A stretch of 62,189 nucleotides of DNA, the filler included, from Choristocarpus tenellus KU-1152 (Eukaryota > Protista > Phaeophyceae), in assembly GCA_964200185.2 (NCBI GenBank). It is 10 parts of 10 records of this genome, joined end to end, with 100 filler letters (N's around TTAATTAATTAA, not from the genome) between each part and the next. Parts side by side here need not be neighbours in the genome. Positions count along the whole stretch, not along the records: positions 38,379 to 48,380 come from CAXNAD020003216.1; positions 48,481 to 62,189 come from CAXNAD020001401.1; 8 more parts are not named here. One strand, written 5' to 3'. The notes under the pieces were generated by a model. The model was not told where the DNA came from. It saw only the letters and a list, made by a program, of their open reading frames with translations, and did not search any database. The position numbers and the translations under genes are program-made. Positions 38,379 to 51,969 of this stretch are shown here, piece by piece (positions within the stretch are counted from its first letter, which is position 1; each line of letters opens with the position of its first letter).

Positions 38379-41300
38379 GCAATGCCAACCTCGTGGTTGA
38401 CTCCAGGGGCATCACCTTCTGGGAGGGGTCAAGGTTGGGCTTCAATGGGGGGAGGAGGGGGGGAGGCTTCGCCTTGGGGGTCTGGGCAATGGTCGCCCAG
38501 GAGTGCTACTTATTTCCAGTCGCCTAGAGGTTTGGCAGGAGGGGGTGGAGGGGGTAGAGATGGGGTCGAGGTTGTGAAGCCAAGGGCACCTGTGCAAGAG
38601 CGATATGCCCTACGACTTGTGAGGGCTACGAAAGCGCAGTATGATGCAACTGCTGTCGTGGAGCGAAGCGTTGAATTGGCAGAGGAAATCATTCAGGTGA
38701 CTTGTCCAGTTGTGTGTGTGGCTCTTCTTTGGATTGGGAGAGGAGGATGGAAGGAACCTGTCAGGGGGGGGGGGGAGGGGGGCGTATCGAGTAAGAAGAG
38801 CAGTCAACCTGTTTTAGTTGGCCCCGTTTTTTCTGTTCAACTAATGCATATGTTTCGTGATATTTTGTGTGCCCAAGTTGTTGCCTTCGTAGTAGGAATG
38901 AACAAGATAATGGTACTACATCAAGATATTACATGCAACAAGTGGTGTGGCAGTACATGTATCAACTGGAGGACTTTTGCAATGTGTACACCTCTATCCA
39001 CATGGCAAGAGCAAAGTTGGCGATTGGGAGTAGGGGTTAGTGGAAAGCAGGTAAAGGTGTCTGCACTTGTCCCTTATACCCATATTTCATCATTGTTTCC
39101 AAGCCTCTGATTTTTGCTGCGATATCATAATCTATTCAGGTATTCAACTCACCCTATTCTCTTCTCCCCCTTTCCACAGTCCCTACCCCCCTCCCCCCAC
39201 CTCTTCTTGATTCGCCAACCCACTCACCACATTCCTTATTGTGAAAATTTTCTGCCTGTGAATGCTCCTTGTTGGACAGGGTATTGAAACTGAGGCAGGA
39301 AACAATATGGCATCACCAACTGGGAGGGAGGCCCGAGCGGGGAATCATGATTTTGTGGGAGATGAGGGGCGAAGGCACAGGGCCACCAGGGACAGGCAGA
39401 GGATTGATCAGGCATTGGTAGACTCATTGGGGGAGGAGCTGATTGCACTGACATGTGTTCCTCGCAAGGTATGGAACTCCTATGCATAGACACTTTGTGT
39501 TTGTGCCGTATTAGTAGAAGGTTGGAGAGGAAGGTTTGCTGATGTTTTTTTGTCCTCTTAAGGACATGCAATGGCCAACTGTCACCGTGCAGTTATTCGA
39601 AAAGCAATTTTTCTCCTCCAGTGTCACCTCCGCGCATTTTTTTGCAGCTTGTGATCTCTGGCCTGTAGGTCCAGGGAATTAATTTGTGACGGTTTCAGTT
39701 CTGGAAGTTGTGGCTATGACTGATGTGATGAGGACCCTATGTAGTTTGTTCCCCCTGAAATATAATACTACCTCTTATATTGCTGTTTACAGTTGTGCTT
39801 CTCACTTGATGTGCTCACCATGCATGTGACTCTGTATCTCTAGTTATGCTGTTGACCTAAAATATCGTTATCAGCTCTTCTTTCTTGTAACATTGTCCGT
39901 AGTGTCCCCATTTACCCCGCCCNNNNNNNNNNCTCTCTTTTTTTTTTCTACCTTTTCCTCGGTCCCCCCCCTCCCCCCCCCCCCCCCCCCCCCCTTAGCT
40001 CACTGTTAACAATATATCTTCGGTGTCCTGTCATGTGGCACATGAATGAATATGTACTGGGCAGATTGAGCGTCCAAGCTCCAGAGCTGACCTTGAGGAG
40101 AGCTATGGGGCCAGGTTGGAGGGTACACCTTTACGAACACCAAGAACACCATCAAGAGTTGTGCAGGGAGAAAGAGCCTCTGGGTTTGGGGGCGGCTCTC
40201 TGCATGCCCCATCTCCTTCCCCCTCAAGGCAAGCTGTTACATCTGCTTAATTCTAGAGTAGCGTAGCCGACTTCGCAGTTGCACAGACAAATTGCATTGG
40301 ATGGATGGATGCTTAAAGCTGTGAATGAGCATAAGGGGGGCGTTAGGGTAGGAAGGTTGTTTTATCTTTGAGAAGCCAAGAAAGTTTCTAAGTGAAGGAA
40401 TGGCTTATATCCAGAAGGTTTGATTGGTGATTAAAGAAATTTTATTGCAGGTTTTGTTGTCTCAAGACCATGTAGCTGTTGAGGCAAGGTATGTAAACTC
40501 CTTTGGATGGCGATTTGGAGTATGACAACATTCTCTTTGAATCACATCTCTCTTCACTCCTGCCAAAATTGCTTCCCCAAAAACCTCCCCCGGGCTTCCC
40601 CCCACCAACTTCACACACACAGAAGTCACCTACATCCATGTGCCCATTTCATCCACCTCCTGACATAGTTGATATTTTTCAACTCACTCACCACCCAGCC
40701 CAACCACCCACCTAAATAATCCCCTTGTTTCATAACTTGATCTACACTTGCTTAGGACACCTCAAGCAAAGACTCGTTCTCACTTTGGGAAATCTCCAGG
40801 CATTGTTGGTCAGAGCATGTCGCCGGTGCAAGAGGCAGGGAGCGGCATGTTCAGAGCTTCTTCCTCAGGTTTTGGATCCTCCCTGGCAGCCGCATCAAGT
40901 CCAGTTGGAAGCAGAGGCAAGGTTGGGGAAGGAGGGACCACAGCGGGGGCCAGAGGCATGAGCAGTGTGAAGGGAGGAGCAAAGGATGGGATAGTAGGCT
41001 GGGCAAGGGGCATGACAGGTGGGGGGACAGGAGGGGTTTCGTTTGGTACAACGCCCTTGCCTGTTGGGGGAAGTGGTGTTAAAGGCAGTCGAGGGGCCAA
41101 GCATGAGAGTTGGGGAGGAGGGGGGGAGAAAGGGGGACGGGGTGCAGATCACTCACCTGTTCGGAAGGGTTCCCTGAGCAGGCAAGATAGCATTGCTTCT
41201 TCAGCTGCAGCCCCGACACCCAGTCCTGCTGTTGCCGACACCCTCACAGGCCCTACATCTGGTAGCCTTGGTGGTCCATCGCTATTTACAACAAAGGCTT

Positions 41301-44300
41301 CTGTGGGAAAACCTGCATCTCTATTGGGGTCTGATGACAATAGGGCTCAAGCCAAGAAGCCTGCTGCTACTCCCACACCAGCAAAGGCAGTGGCCAAGTC
41401 TGAGGTGGGAGTGAAATCCACTGTGGGTAAAGCACCAGCAGGGTACCCTCCGATGTCCGCAGCAGCTCCTAAAGTTGCCCTTCAAGGTAGTGTCGAAACA
41501 GGCCAAAAACTGAAGGCATCAGTTGCACCCGCAAAGGCAGCGTCAGCCTCGACCCCTGTAGGATACCCACCAATGCCAAAATCCGCCCCCTCTGCTACAA
41601 CTTTTGGTGTGTCAGCCCCTGCTCTTGCTCTTGGTACCTCTGCTGCTGCTTCTGCCAAATCTGCTTCCGGGAGCACTTTTAGTGAGAGCAAGATGACCTC
41701 AACAACCTCCACTCCAGTGCCAGCAAGACCTTCTATATTTGGGTCTTCTAGTTCTTTTGGGGGTGGCTTGTTTGCAGTAACTACTTCTGCCACGGTGACA
41801 ACGACGCCGGTAACCACAACTGTTTCTGCCCCCACTGCAGCAACCTCTGCAGGCGCTGGAGTCACAAGCACACCATCTGTGTTTGGGACAGGGAACCTAC
41901 TTGGGTCTCTGCCCTCTGCCGTAGCCCCTGCACCAGCAGTCACAGGCTTCAGTGGCTTTGGAGGTGTGGCGCCTGGTACCTTGGCGCCATCACCCACTGG
42001 CTTGTTTGGAGCAGGGGCAGGCACAGGGGTGGGTGGAATGGGGCTGGGGGGGGGGGCAGGGACTGATGTAGCTGAGATCCGCCGTCAAGCTGTAGAGATC
42101 TATCAGAAGTATAACCCCACCAAACTCGCAGATGTGGACAAGCTCCTAGCAAAGTACAAGTGAGTGCGACTGACAATACTCTGTTGCTGTCATCTCACAG
42201 GCAGGGGCAAGAACTTGGGAGGGGGCAAGTCGGTGGGGTTTCCGTGCAACAGAAATAATTTCGTTTTGGCTGTTGTCCTTTTAGTAGGGATAGGTTTAGG
42301 CTTGCATCCAGAAGATAAAAAAAGATTTGGAACTGTCATAACCCAAGAATGAATTGTGCTTCCACCTCCAATCAAGAGGCCTCTACTCCCTTCCTTCAAC
42401 CTATTCCACATGATTTTCTAATCAATTTCCCCCCACCCACACACACTTTCCACTGTCTCCCTACTTCCCCACCCTCACGGAAACATGGGCTGGCCTGCCT
42501 CCATCCACTTCCTCAGAGGCAAAGAGGCCGATATGCTCCGGAAGCTACAAATCAAATATACTGGTGGCACTACTGCTGCTGCCCCTGCAACCTCCGCAGC
42601 TGCCCCCAACTTGTCTTCAGTCACTACACCTACGAAGTCACTGTTTGGAGCTTCCACCACTCTCACTCCAACCACCACTGTCGCTCCTGGGCCATCTCCC
42701 TTCGGTGCTGGGGCAGGCTTCAGGGTGAACTCCACTCCTTCACCCTTTGGGGGAGGGGCGGGGCAGGCCACACCATCACCCTTTGGAAAGGTCAGGGGTG
42801 GAGGAATTGAGGGTCGCATGATTTTTTTTATTATTGGACGTGCAAAACCATTTTGAACACGCAATGCTAGTGGTACACTGGACTGTTCTTACTAGTAATC
42901 GTTCTGCTTGTTCGTATGTGTGATTGCAAAACTACTGGCACTGAATAATCTTTGACACTGGTAAGCAATCAAATTGAATTTGTGGTTTCACTTGCTGAAC
43001 AATATGTCAGAGCAAAAAGTAGGTCCTTGTTGACTGTAAGACTAAGAGAGCACCGTGAAAGATTCTTAGGCGGTAGGCAAATGATATGAGAAGTGTTGAA
43101 CAGGACGTTCTAGAGTGTACATAATGTGTGTTGAGAGATGATAGTGAACAACCCTGTGATATGTAGTACCACCGTCTTTTAACTGACCTCTAAGGTATCC
43201 AATGTGCCCCCCTCCCAGTAAGACACTTTTGGCAACAAGCCACGTATGATGTACGATGTGCAGCACATGTCAAACCCATCCGCAGGTGGTTTAGTGATAG
43301 AACGGATATAGAGTTGATCATCAAGGCTTGAGCCCTTGCATCTCTTTTTTTTTATTCTGTTGCTGTAGTGGAAATCTTTGGAGATTCGTATTGTGGGGGA
43401 TCATCTTGTTTATTTTTCATTTTTTTGGAAAGTCTTTGTTGGTATCTGCTCTGTGCACTGCAAGTTGGCACTGCGTTGATGTACATTCAAACTGTTGCAT
43501 ACCTCTACATGCATCAAGTCCACAGCTTTCTTTGTACTTGGTATTTATATATCGAGTTCATGATTCTATCCCCATCAAGTGGAGAACCTCTTGTTCTTCC
43601 ACACTTTGTTCCTCTGCCTTTCCACTGCTTTCCCCCCCTTTTCCATGTCCGTCTTTCCCTCCACAGAATACTGCTTCAGGTTTTGGACAGCCTGCCCCAG
43701 GTGGGGTAAGTGTAGCAGCACCAGCTCCTTCCATCTTTGCTGCAGCAAAACCAGTGTTTGGTGCCCCGGGTGGGGCGCACAACCCATTTGGGCAGCCTTC
43801 CACTACCCCAGGTGCATCCTTTGGGGGAGCAGCTCCTGTTGGGGGTCAAGTGGGCTCAGGGGGCGGTGGGGATCCTGCAGTGCTGCGTGCATGGATGGTG
43901 GAGGTGTTCAAGACATACAAGCCTGAGAATGTTCCCAAGGTGGAGCAACTCCTGATAAAGTACAGGTGTGAGATGGAGTCGTGTAAGTGGGTGATATTTA
44001 TTGCTAGTCATTCCTAGGGGGAAGGGAGAGGTTAGGGTTACACTCCAGGATAAGTTACTGCGAGAGGCTTCTCACCAAGTCATCCCGCTGTCTTGATATG
44101 TTTCTCGCAAATTTACGTTTGCCTCCTTTCCCCTCCATCTCCTCAACACATGAGGGTTTTTAGTTCCTGGTGTATCTCCAAACCCAATTTATTTCTCACT
44201 CTTTCTTTGATCCTCCTTCCCACAGCTGTGTTGGGACCCATTCCACCCCCTTAACCACATTCCCTGTCACGTTGCTGGCATTTGATATTAGGGGAAGTGA

Positions 44301-46836
44301 GGGCAAGATGATTCAACAGATGTGCACAAAGTACAACATCCCCCCACCCAACGGCTGGGCACCAGGGGGCGTCGGGGCAGGAGGGGCATTTGGAGTTCAA
44401 GCAGCTGCTCCAACTCCAGCAGCATCACCTTTCGGGCAGGTAAGACAATTGCTCACCGGTGGGCCATAAGATGGCATTAATTCTGCTCTTTGTTGGCTTA
44501 GATTGTGGCAGTCAGCTTTGTTTGGGGGACCATGAAGAAATTGGGAAAATGTCATTGCACCCCTGCTCGACAGGTAGCAACACTCATGCACAAAAATGCC
44601 AAGCTACCTCAGTATATGCCGTGATACAAGTACCTTCCCCCCATTCCTCCCTATCCCCAATCCCCACAATCTCCTCCCTCCCACTTCATGTTCACCTCAA
44701 CTGTTGCTCTGCTGTGACACCCATACCCCCATCGCCGCATCTTGCAGGCACCTTCTGGATTTGGCCAGCCATCAAGCTTTGGTTCACCCTCACCTGCTGC
44801 TGCTGCTGGCTCCTTTGGCCCCCCATCTTCTACACCCATGGGTACAGGATTCATGGTGCAGTCATCACCTTCAGTGGGCTTTGGTGCAGCCACCCCCACT
44901 CCCTCTGCCACTGCTGGAAGTGGGTTTGGTGAGTCACAGAGGGAGGCTGGTTAGTGCGCTTGGTTTGTCCTCTTGGTGGGAGGTGGAGAGGGCAGATACT
45001 GTATCTGCACATGAAGTTTTATCATCAAGACTTGTACCTTGAAAGTGAAAGGATGTGCAGATGAGAAGGTAGATAGGCGTTTGTTGCGAGAAAAGGTCTC
45101 TTGAGTCACCCTTGGTCACCCTTGCCCCCCCCAAAAAAAGTCTTGTCCCTCCTCCATCCCCAGGATGTTAGCTGCAATTGCGCCTACTGTGTTTTGCCAT
45201 ATCCTCCCTCTGAGCTAAGTGTTGTTAAGGTTTTCGTAAATGCCACTCTTGCAGAGAAGAGAACGATCAATTTAGATCGTCTAGGCATAGTGTATCTCCT
45301 GTAGATATATCCGTGATAATAGCATATTTTCATGCACCCAGTTCACTTCTTTTTTGTTGTACTATAGCTTCCTACGTTCAGCTCTTCATCTATTAGACCA
45401 AGAGTCACAGCATAGAAACCAATCCCTTCCCCCCTTCCTCCCCTCCTTGACTCAATTATTCCTTTATGTGCCTCTTTTTCCTGTCTCATCTCATCTCACC
45501 CTCTCACTTCTTCATCCATTGCAGGGGCCACCTCGTTTGGTGCTGTGTCTGCGCCATCCCCTGCTTTTGGGGTAGCAAGCAGTGGTTTTGGTGCACCTAG
45601 CGCCCTGGGGGGTTCAGTATTTGGCACTCCTGCACAGCAGCAGCATCAGCAGCAGCAGCCACAGGTATGTTTTTCTTTTTGAGGCTCCACCTTCCTGTAT
45701 ATCATTACTGCTGGTCATTATCTTGGCTTCTCTTTAGTCCCTGCCTTCATAGCTCAATACTGCTATACTTTGTAGTACTTTTAGTGTAGAACCTAGTCAA
45801 TGATGAAGGGGGGGGAAGTTAGGGTTGGAGATGGTTACATGATGCAAGATGTATTTTTCTAGGGAGCCTAGGTGGTGGAGGCAGCTGAGCGCTGGAGACA
45901 GGTAAAAAGTTAGTAAACACAACACAGGGCAGTCAAAGTCTGATGCAGATGAAGCAAAAGGGTTTTTCTGTGCCCATTCATCCAATTATCTTAGGTTGGT
46001 TCACATTGGTTTGGTGCTGCTTGGTGACAAGGTTCAGTTGGGTATCTTCAAGGCTCCTCTGGAATGAAGGTTCTCCATAGCAGTTACTCTAGGCATATGT
46101 TCATGCTGTTTATGTTTATAACAACATGAAGGGTCTCCACCTTAACTATACGATTTAGATCTGGGGTCGTTGAAGACAATTTGAGGGTCCATCTTCAAGG
46201 AATACAGACTCTTTATGCAAAACAATGCTTCACTACAATGGCCAAGATAAGGCTGGACTCAGTGCAATCATCCCAACTTTTCCATTATGACAACCCCTAC
46301 AGAAAATTGATGATGACATTTTTTTTGAAGTGTGAAAGGAAATCTTGGGCACTCGTCCACATGCTCCAGGCAGTGCTAGTCCATCACTGATGCTAAGTTG
46401 TGTTATCTACGTCAGAGTTGCATACTTTCATTGAAGTCATGGGGGGGGAATAGAAACATGAGCACCATACAAGCTAAGCTGTCACACCTTCCTCCAACCC
46501 CCAACCCCCCCACACTCTTCATAGACATCTGTGTTCTGCTCTCACTTTTGTTTGTGTTTGCCGATTTCAACCAGCACCGGTCGCCTCAATTTCCCTCACT
46601 GTTTTTTTTTATTTATTTCCTTTGTTTGCCTTCTGTCCTTCCAGAGCGGTTTTGGATCATTTGCCACACCAAGTCAGGCAGGGACAGGATTTGGCAGTCT
46701 CGCCAATCAGGCCAATGCTGGTGGAGGGGGGTTGTTTGGGGGTGGTGGCAGCGGGTTTGGGAGTGGGGGGGGTGCCGCTGGGGCGAGTGGGGGAGGTGGC
46801 TTTTCCGGGAGCAGCTTCCGAAACTTTCGGGGATGA
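38379..46836 (+). CDS. NUP214: FG-repeat nucleoporin, Nup214/Nup159-like C-terminal half (5' partial)
   Basis: Phase-consistent exons: <38379-38696, 39280-39468, 40065-40228 (GC donor), 40756-42159, 42517-42790, 43667-43965, 44292-44439, 44748-44928, 45525-45664, 46645-46836. It has many SxFG/GFG repeats in an Ala/Ser/Thr/Pro-rich region, and the ending GFGSLA..GGFSGSSFRNFRG* resembles the Nup214 C-terminus. The beta-propeller is not in the window, so orthology is inferred. Confidence 0.85.
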
Positions 46837-48480
46837 TTGGTTAGTGGGGAAGGACATCATGTACTACTATAGGCAGAGGTTATCTGAATCTTTTAATTTT
46901 AGGAAAATGCTGATTCGTGTTCATTCTTGTTGCCAGTTCAGGAGGTACTGGTGCTGGAGTTTGACAACCTGTGGCTGAGGAATGTAGCATCTGAGATTCT
47001 TGCCGATGGGGGTTGATTGGTGGGCATTAGGGGGCCTAATGCATACAGATTTCATTGAAAGAGTATGCCCTACACAGCATATGCATAGTAGCTATATTCC
47101 ATGTATTAGTTTGAAGGTCATGTAGACAATAGTTGTGGGACGATGTTGAGTACAAGAAGCAGAGTGTTGTCTTGCAGGTCCATGAATACGTTTTTCGTGC
47201 ATTCTGTCGCTGGATTTAGAAAGTAACTCACTGACTGATGCAGATTTGCGTTACTTGACTTTCTCCTTTCCATCGTGTATAATAGGTGCTTTGAAGTTGA
47301 GACTTAATCTGACATGGTCTGGTGTGCGTACATATTCTTGTTTACCTCATCCACCATAACAGACATACCCCACAATAATTGTGAGTTTATGTTACAAGGC
47401 ATCATAAAGGCTCTGTATTGTCCTCTTTGTAAATTACTTTTGTGGGCCTGAAAGGTAAAGCTCTATCCTTCATGATCTATGCACTACACTCATAGGAATG
47501 TGTTCCCATCACTACTGCTGAAGTGAAAAAATTAAGAACCTCCAAGCAATGGAGATCTACACATTTTTATAGTGGAAGATACTTTCTGGGAGGGAGGGCT
47601 CACGCTTGTTTCTGTAGCTACTCCACGAACTGCAGAGAAGGGTCAATCTCTTCCTGACTGAACTATCCAACCCGGTATTTTGCTACTTTTCCAGAGTCTG
47701 AGGGTAGTGATCTTCTCAAAATCAAGGGGAAATGGAGCAATGATGAGGACAAGGCTTTTTGTCGAGGAGAGGAAGTTCCCAAAGATAGCAGGATCGACTT
47801 CTGATGTACTTGACCTAGTAAGGGTCTTGGGCACCAGAGCTTTATTTACTTCATATATACAGGACATCACACAGTCCCTCTTTCACCCCACAAACCTAAC
47901 CCTGATCATTACTTTGAAACCATTATGAATATCCTCACCCGTCAGGAAAAAGATTATTTCTTCTCAACTGTATGGTGATGAAGCACTATTGGGGGTACTT
48001 TGACAGCACAACCTGGAAAATCCTCCCTCCAACACTGCCTTCATGTATCTCGTTGCATTGCCCAGGCTTGGTTGGAAATGCAGCAAGGGGGGACAGTCAT
48101 GCCAGCAGCATTCCAGGCATGTATGTCAGTGGACAAAATCTACACTTTCACAAAGACATGGCTTTGACCAGTAGACTATGCTACTTACTACCAGGTTCAA
48201 GCAGCACATGCCAGAGCTGTATATATTTACATGTTGCAGATTTTTTCATCATGGAGGGAACAAGAAGGGAAACATACATATAACAGGGGATTCGGAAGAT
48301 TGAGGTGGAGCTGGATGAGCATGGGGAACTCATACAGAGGCAAGATGCTGTGGAAAAACTCATTAATTAGAAGAGATTAANNNNNNNNNNNNNNNNNNNN
48401 NNNNNNNNNNNNNNNNNNNNNNNNTTAATTAATTAANNNNNNNNNNNNNNNNNNNNNNNNNNNNNNNNNNNNNNNNNNNN

Positions 48481-48526
48481 TGACCCCCAAATGGACGCAA
48501 CTCTACCCTCTCAGATACTTTGACTC
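48481..48526. mobile_element. MITE family A terminus at contig start
   Basis: GGACGCAACTCTACCCTCTCAGATACTTTGACTC. Confidence 0.8.
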
Positions 48527-48529
48527 AAT

Positions 48530-49630
48530 GTTGCAACTCTTCCTAAGGCGAAAACATCAATTTTTTATTAATCATAGTGGAAAGGAGCCTATCTAAAGCT
48601 CTCGCACTCACTACTGAAACTCTATCAACACCAGAGTACAAAGAAACAAATGATGATCCCAACCTAAGAAGGGCTCAAGAGCAGCATTTGCCAGAACACC
48701 GTGGAGGCCAAGTGGGGGAGAGAGAACTGCCGCATGTATGTTTCGACATCCATCACAAGTATCTCCAACCTAGACATTCTCATGAGTTCACGACTCATAG
48801 ATACAACCTATCCAACTTGGAAATGCATTTCATAGAGAGTGGAAGTATCTTAGAGGGCATGAGTTTTGTCCTGTTTGTCCATTTGGGGCTTGGCTTCCCA
48901 TGGTTTTTTTTAAGATATTTTCCTAATCCAAAATGTTTCGAAGTAGGTAAATTCTATACGTTACGAAAAGGTATGTCCAGGACATGGATATTGACACTTT
49001 CTAACAAATACGAGGGCAAAAATTACATCATAATCGCAACATTGAATTTTGACCCCCAAACGGACGCGGCTCTATCCTCTAAGATACTTTGACTCAGATC
49101 TACTCACATGTACCAGGTATCGCTCCCCCACCCGGCCTTTGCGGTGCCGTGATAAACGTCGCAACCCTTCCCAAGGCAAAACCATCATTTTTTGATTAAT
49201 CATCCTCAGGGGCAAGGAGCCTACCTAAGGCTCTCACACTCACTACTGAACCTCAACAACATCAGAGGACAAAGAAATAACAGATAGTCCCGACTTGTGA
49301 AAGCATTTTACACAGCTCTGTCGAGGCCAAGTTGGGGAGTGTGATCTGTCACACATATGTTTGGACATCTATCAGAACCATATCCAACTAGGATATTCCC
49401 GTGAGGCAATGACTCGTAAATATCCTGTATTGTGTGTCCCATTGTAGTGATTTAGTCACATCTATCAAGCCTCATTCCATCTCTTAACCCCTGCGGGTTT
49501 GATAAATGCCGCAACCCCTCCTTGCGCCAGGTAATTGTTTTATTATCTTTGTTGGGTAGAGGGAGTCTAAGTGAAAGATTGACACTAACAATTGCAACTT
49601 AACCAACACCAAGGACAAAGAATGCACTAA
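48530..49630. repeat. Degenerate ~350-bp tandem repeat (about three units), interrupted by a MITE
   Basis: GCAAC.CTTCC.AAGGC.AAA..ATTAATCAT..AAGGAGCCTA.CTAA.GCTCTC.CACTCACTACTGAA at ~48533 and ~49161, with a weaker copy at ~49511. Confidence 0.7.
48837..49095. mobile_element. MITE family A, full length, with AGA target duplication
   Basis: AGA[GAGTGGAAGTATCTTAGAGGG...CCTCTAAGATACTTTGACTC]AGA. Confidence 0.9.
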
Positions 49631-51969
49631 TGGTTGACCTGTTTCATATGTGTAGCAGGTGTCAAATATACAGTCAGCCCCTACATGGCCGTAACTAATG
49701 CTGCAACTCCTGCTAAAGCTAGCCTATCATGTAGTTCATCATTCTTTAGTGTTGGTGGATGTTGCATCCTGTAAGTGCCTATCCTGAAAGTAGACTCTTC
49801 CTCCTCAAAAATTCTCCTTGGGACGTTCACACTTGCTTTAACAACACGAGTGACAAGACCAGGATGAACATCGTCTGATGTTCGAATCACATTAGTCTAC
49901 CCCTCAGAATTGATATCGGCACCAGCCAGCCTTTACGCACCCACTTTCTCCACAATAGTCCCCTCTAACATATTTTATCCACCCTTTGTGGAACGGAAAT
50001 CTGCTTCTGCCTCCATTTCCACATGAATGTCCTGACACGATTCTCTCTTTCATTTCTTGGGAATGATTTGGTGTTAATGAAGTTTCATCTGGGGAGTTGC
50101 AGCATGTGTCCCTGCCTGGCTCTCAACACAAACAATTCAAGGTTCTTCCCAAACCGCAATGTAAATTTTATTCCAGATCTGTCTGAAAAAGGGGATAATC
50201 ACGATGGATTTTCTCTCCCCAACTTTTTTATTCCCCAATATTGTTTTCGCACTTTCATGATCGAGAAAGATCAGATTATTACCCACAAGACATCTGATGT
50301 CTTAGAGAGGATGAAGATCAGAACTGTCTTGTTCTGTGCACAATTTAACAACAGATTTGCGATTGCTATGCTTTAACTATTAACTCCAATCGTCACTGCT
50401 GTCGCTACCACAGATTTATGATGTAGCAATGCAGGATGGTTACTATCATGGAGAAAGTTAAGTTTTTCCCTTCCTTTTAGACATTTTCTTCAGTTTCTTT
50501 TTACAAAGATTTTGTTCAATTTTTTCTGACATTGCCATTGTCTTCGTTCATGTATGGTGATTACTTGTGACAATAAAATGGGATTAAACTTGTGGTTTGA
50601 GCTTTAAATTCTTGAATACGTCACGAAAATCTCTAAATATACGGCTGTTGGCATACACAGTAGAATCAGGGAGCCTTTTTGCAGGTCCTGATGGAAATAG
50701 TTGTCACGGCAATAGGAGAGGACCAACAACTGTGAGTGATTTTGGTTTGCGAATCAAAAACGATTTGAAGATATCAACTCCCCAAGCAAGGAGTCCCAGG
50801 ATGGCGAACAAAGACATGAGATCCAAGAGGTCAATCTGGGACCAACGTACGTGGAGATATGGGGACACTACAAAACAAGAGGTGGAGGTGGAGCCCAACC
50901 AAAGATGAGGCAAAGGTCTGCAAGGACTGCAATGAAGAAATGGGTTGAGGGTGCCACTGAACATAATGTTCTAGAGATTAGGGAAGCTAATGCCAAGGAG
51001 TAAACGGAGGAACTGAAAGTGGTCAGTGGAGAGGTGCTTTCAGGAAATTTCCGAGCAGCAGACGTGTGCGTAATGCTTATCCTGTACTATCACTTCGTTA
51101 TCTACATCAATATGGGCCCAATTGAGGCAGAAGAGGTTGCCTGCCTAGCAGCAGGTGAGGGAGATGAGAACTATTTTGCAGAATGAAAACTTGGAACAGT
51201 AGATTTTTTGCACCTCTGAGACTTGGTAGGGAATGGTTGAAGGGGACTCGAACAAGAGTAGCAAGCCTCATAAACCACACCTCAAGGAGATGAAACTCTT
51301 CACCTTGACACCAAACTCATTCAAAAATTATGTCTTCCATCAGGATTTGGTACCCCTACATGAAGAGAAAGTTTGGGGCTGAACGATTGTTGAGCAGTCT
51401 GGGTATTGTTCTGAAGAGCTTGAGTTATGTGTGGAGGGGGTCAAATCAATACCCGACCTCCAACAGAGGAGAGGAAAGCGTGTATTTGGAGTTAACAGTT
51501 GGATACTGGGGGACCCTTAGGGAGGAAGTTGAAAGAATAGCTGCCATCATCTACATGGACAAATCCTATCGCCACCAGCTACAAGGTTCAGCATTTCGTA
51601 TGACTCTGATTCACCCAAAACATATCCTGTGAGTCTGGGTGAATCATCAGCTTTTTCTCAATCTCCAGTATAGTTGGCATTTCCCTTTCCCATTTATCCT
51701 TTTCTTCATGGTCAATGCTCCAGCATTTGACCCCTGTCCCTTGGCCCCATTTGACTCTGCGTGTTTGGAGCAATAGTACACCTTGTGTCCTGTAAATCCA
51801 CATAACAGGCTCTGGTATAGTATCCAGATCAGGAGGAAACTACGTAAGGGTAACAGGATTGAAAGTGTGCCACCACACTGCCAGCTCCTGCCTTGTCCAG
51901 ATTTATGACCTTCGTAAGTTCCCATGAGTCCAGCTCTCCCCAAGGATAGTTATAGGATAGGGTCTACAA

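Noticed and set aside
35668-38696. Joining the three unknown exons to the nucleoporin
   Set aside because: They are separated by an artificial linker and show no Nup214 motif
40748-42163. 471-aa ORF as a standalone mucin-like protein
   Set aside because: It is bounded by splice sites and is one internal exon of the FG nucleoporin
3666-48480. Recurring palindrome TTAATTAATTAA flanked by Ns
   Set aside because: Artificial linker; adjacency across it has no biological meaning, so no gene-cluster claims are made
51640-51945. Zinc-knuckle-like LLCGFTGHKVYYC on the minus strand
   Set aside because: First Cys is missing and the fragment is isolated; probably gag debris but not supportable
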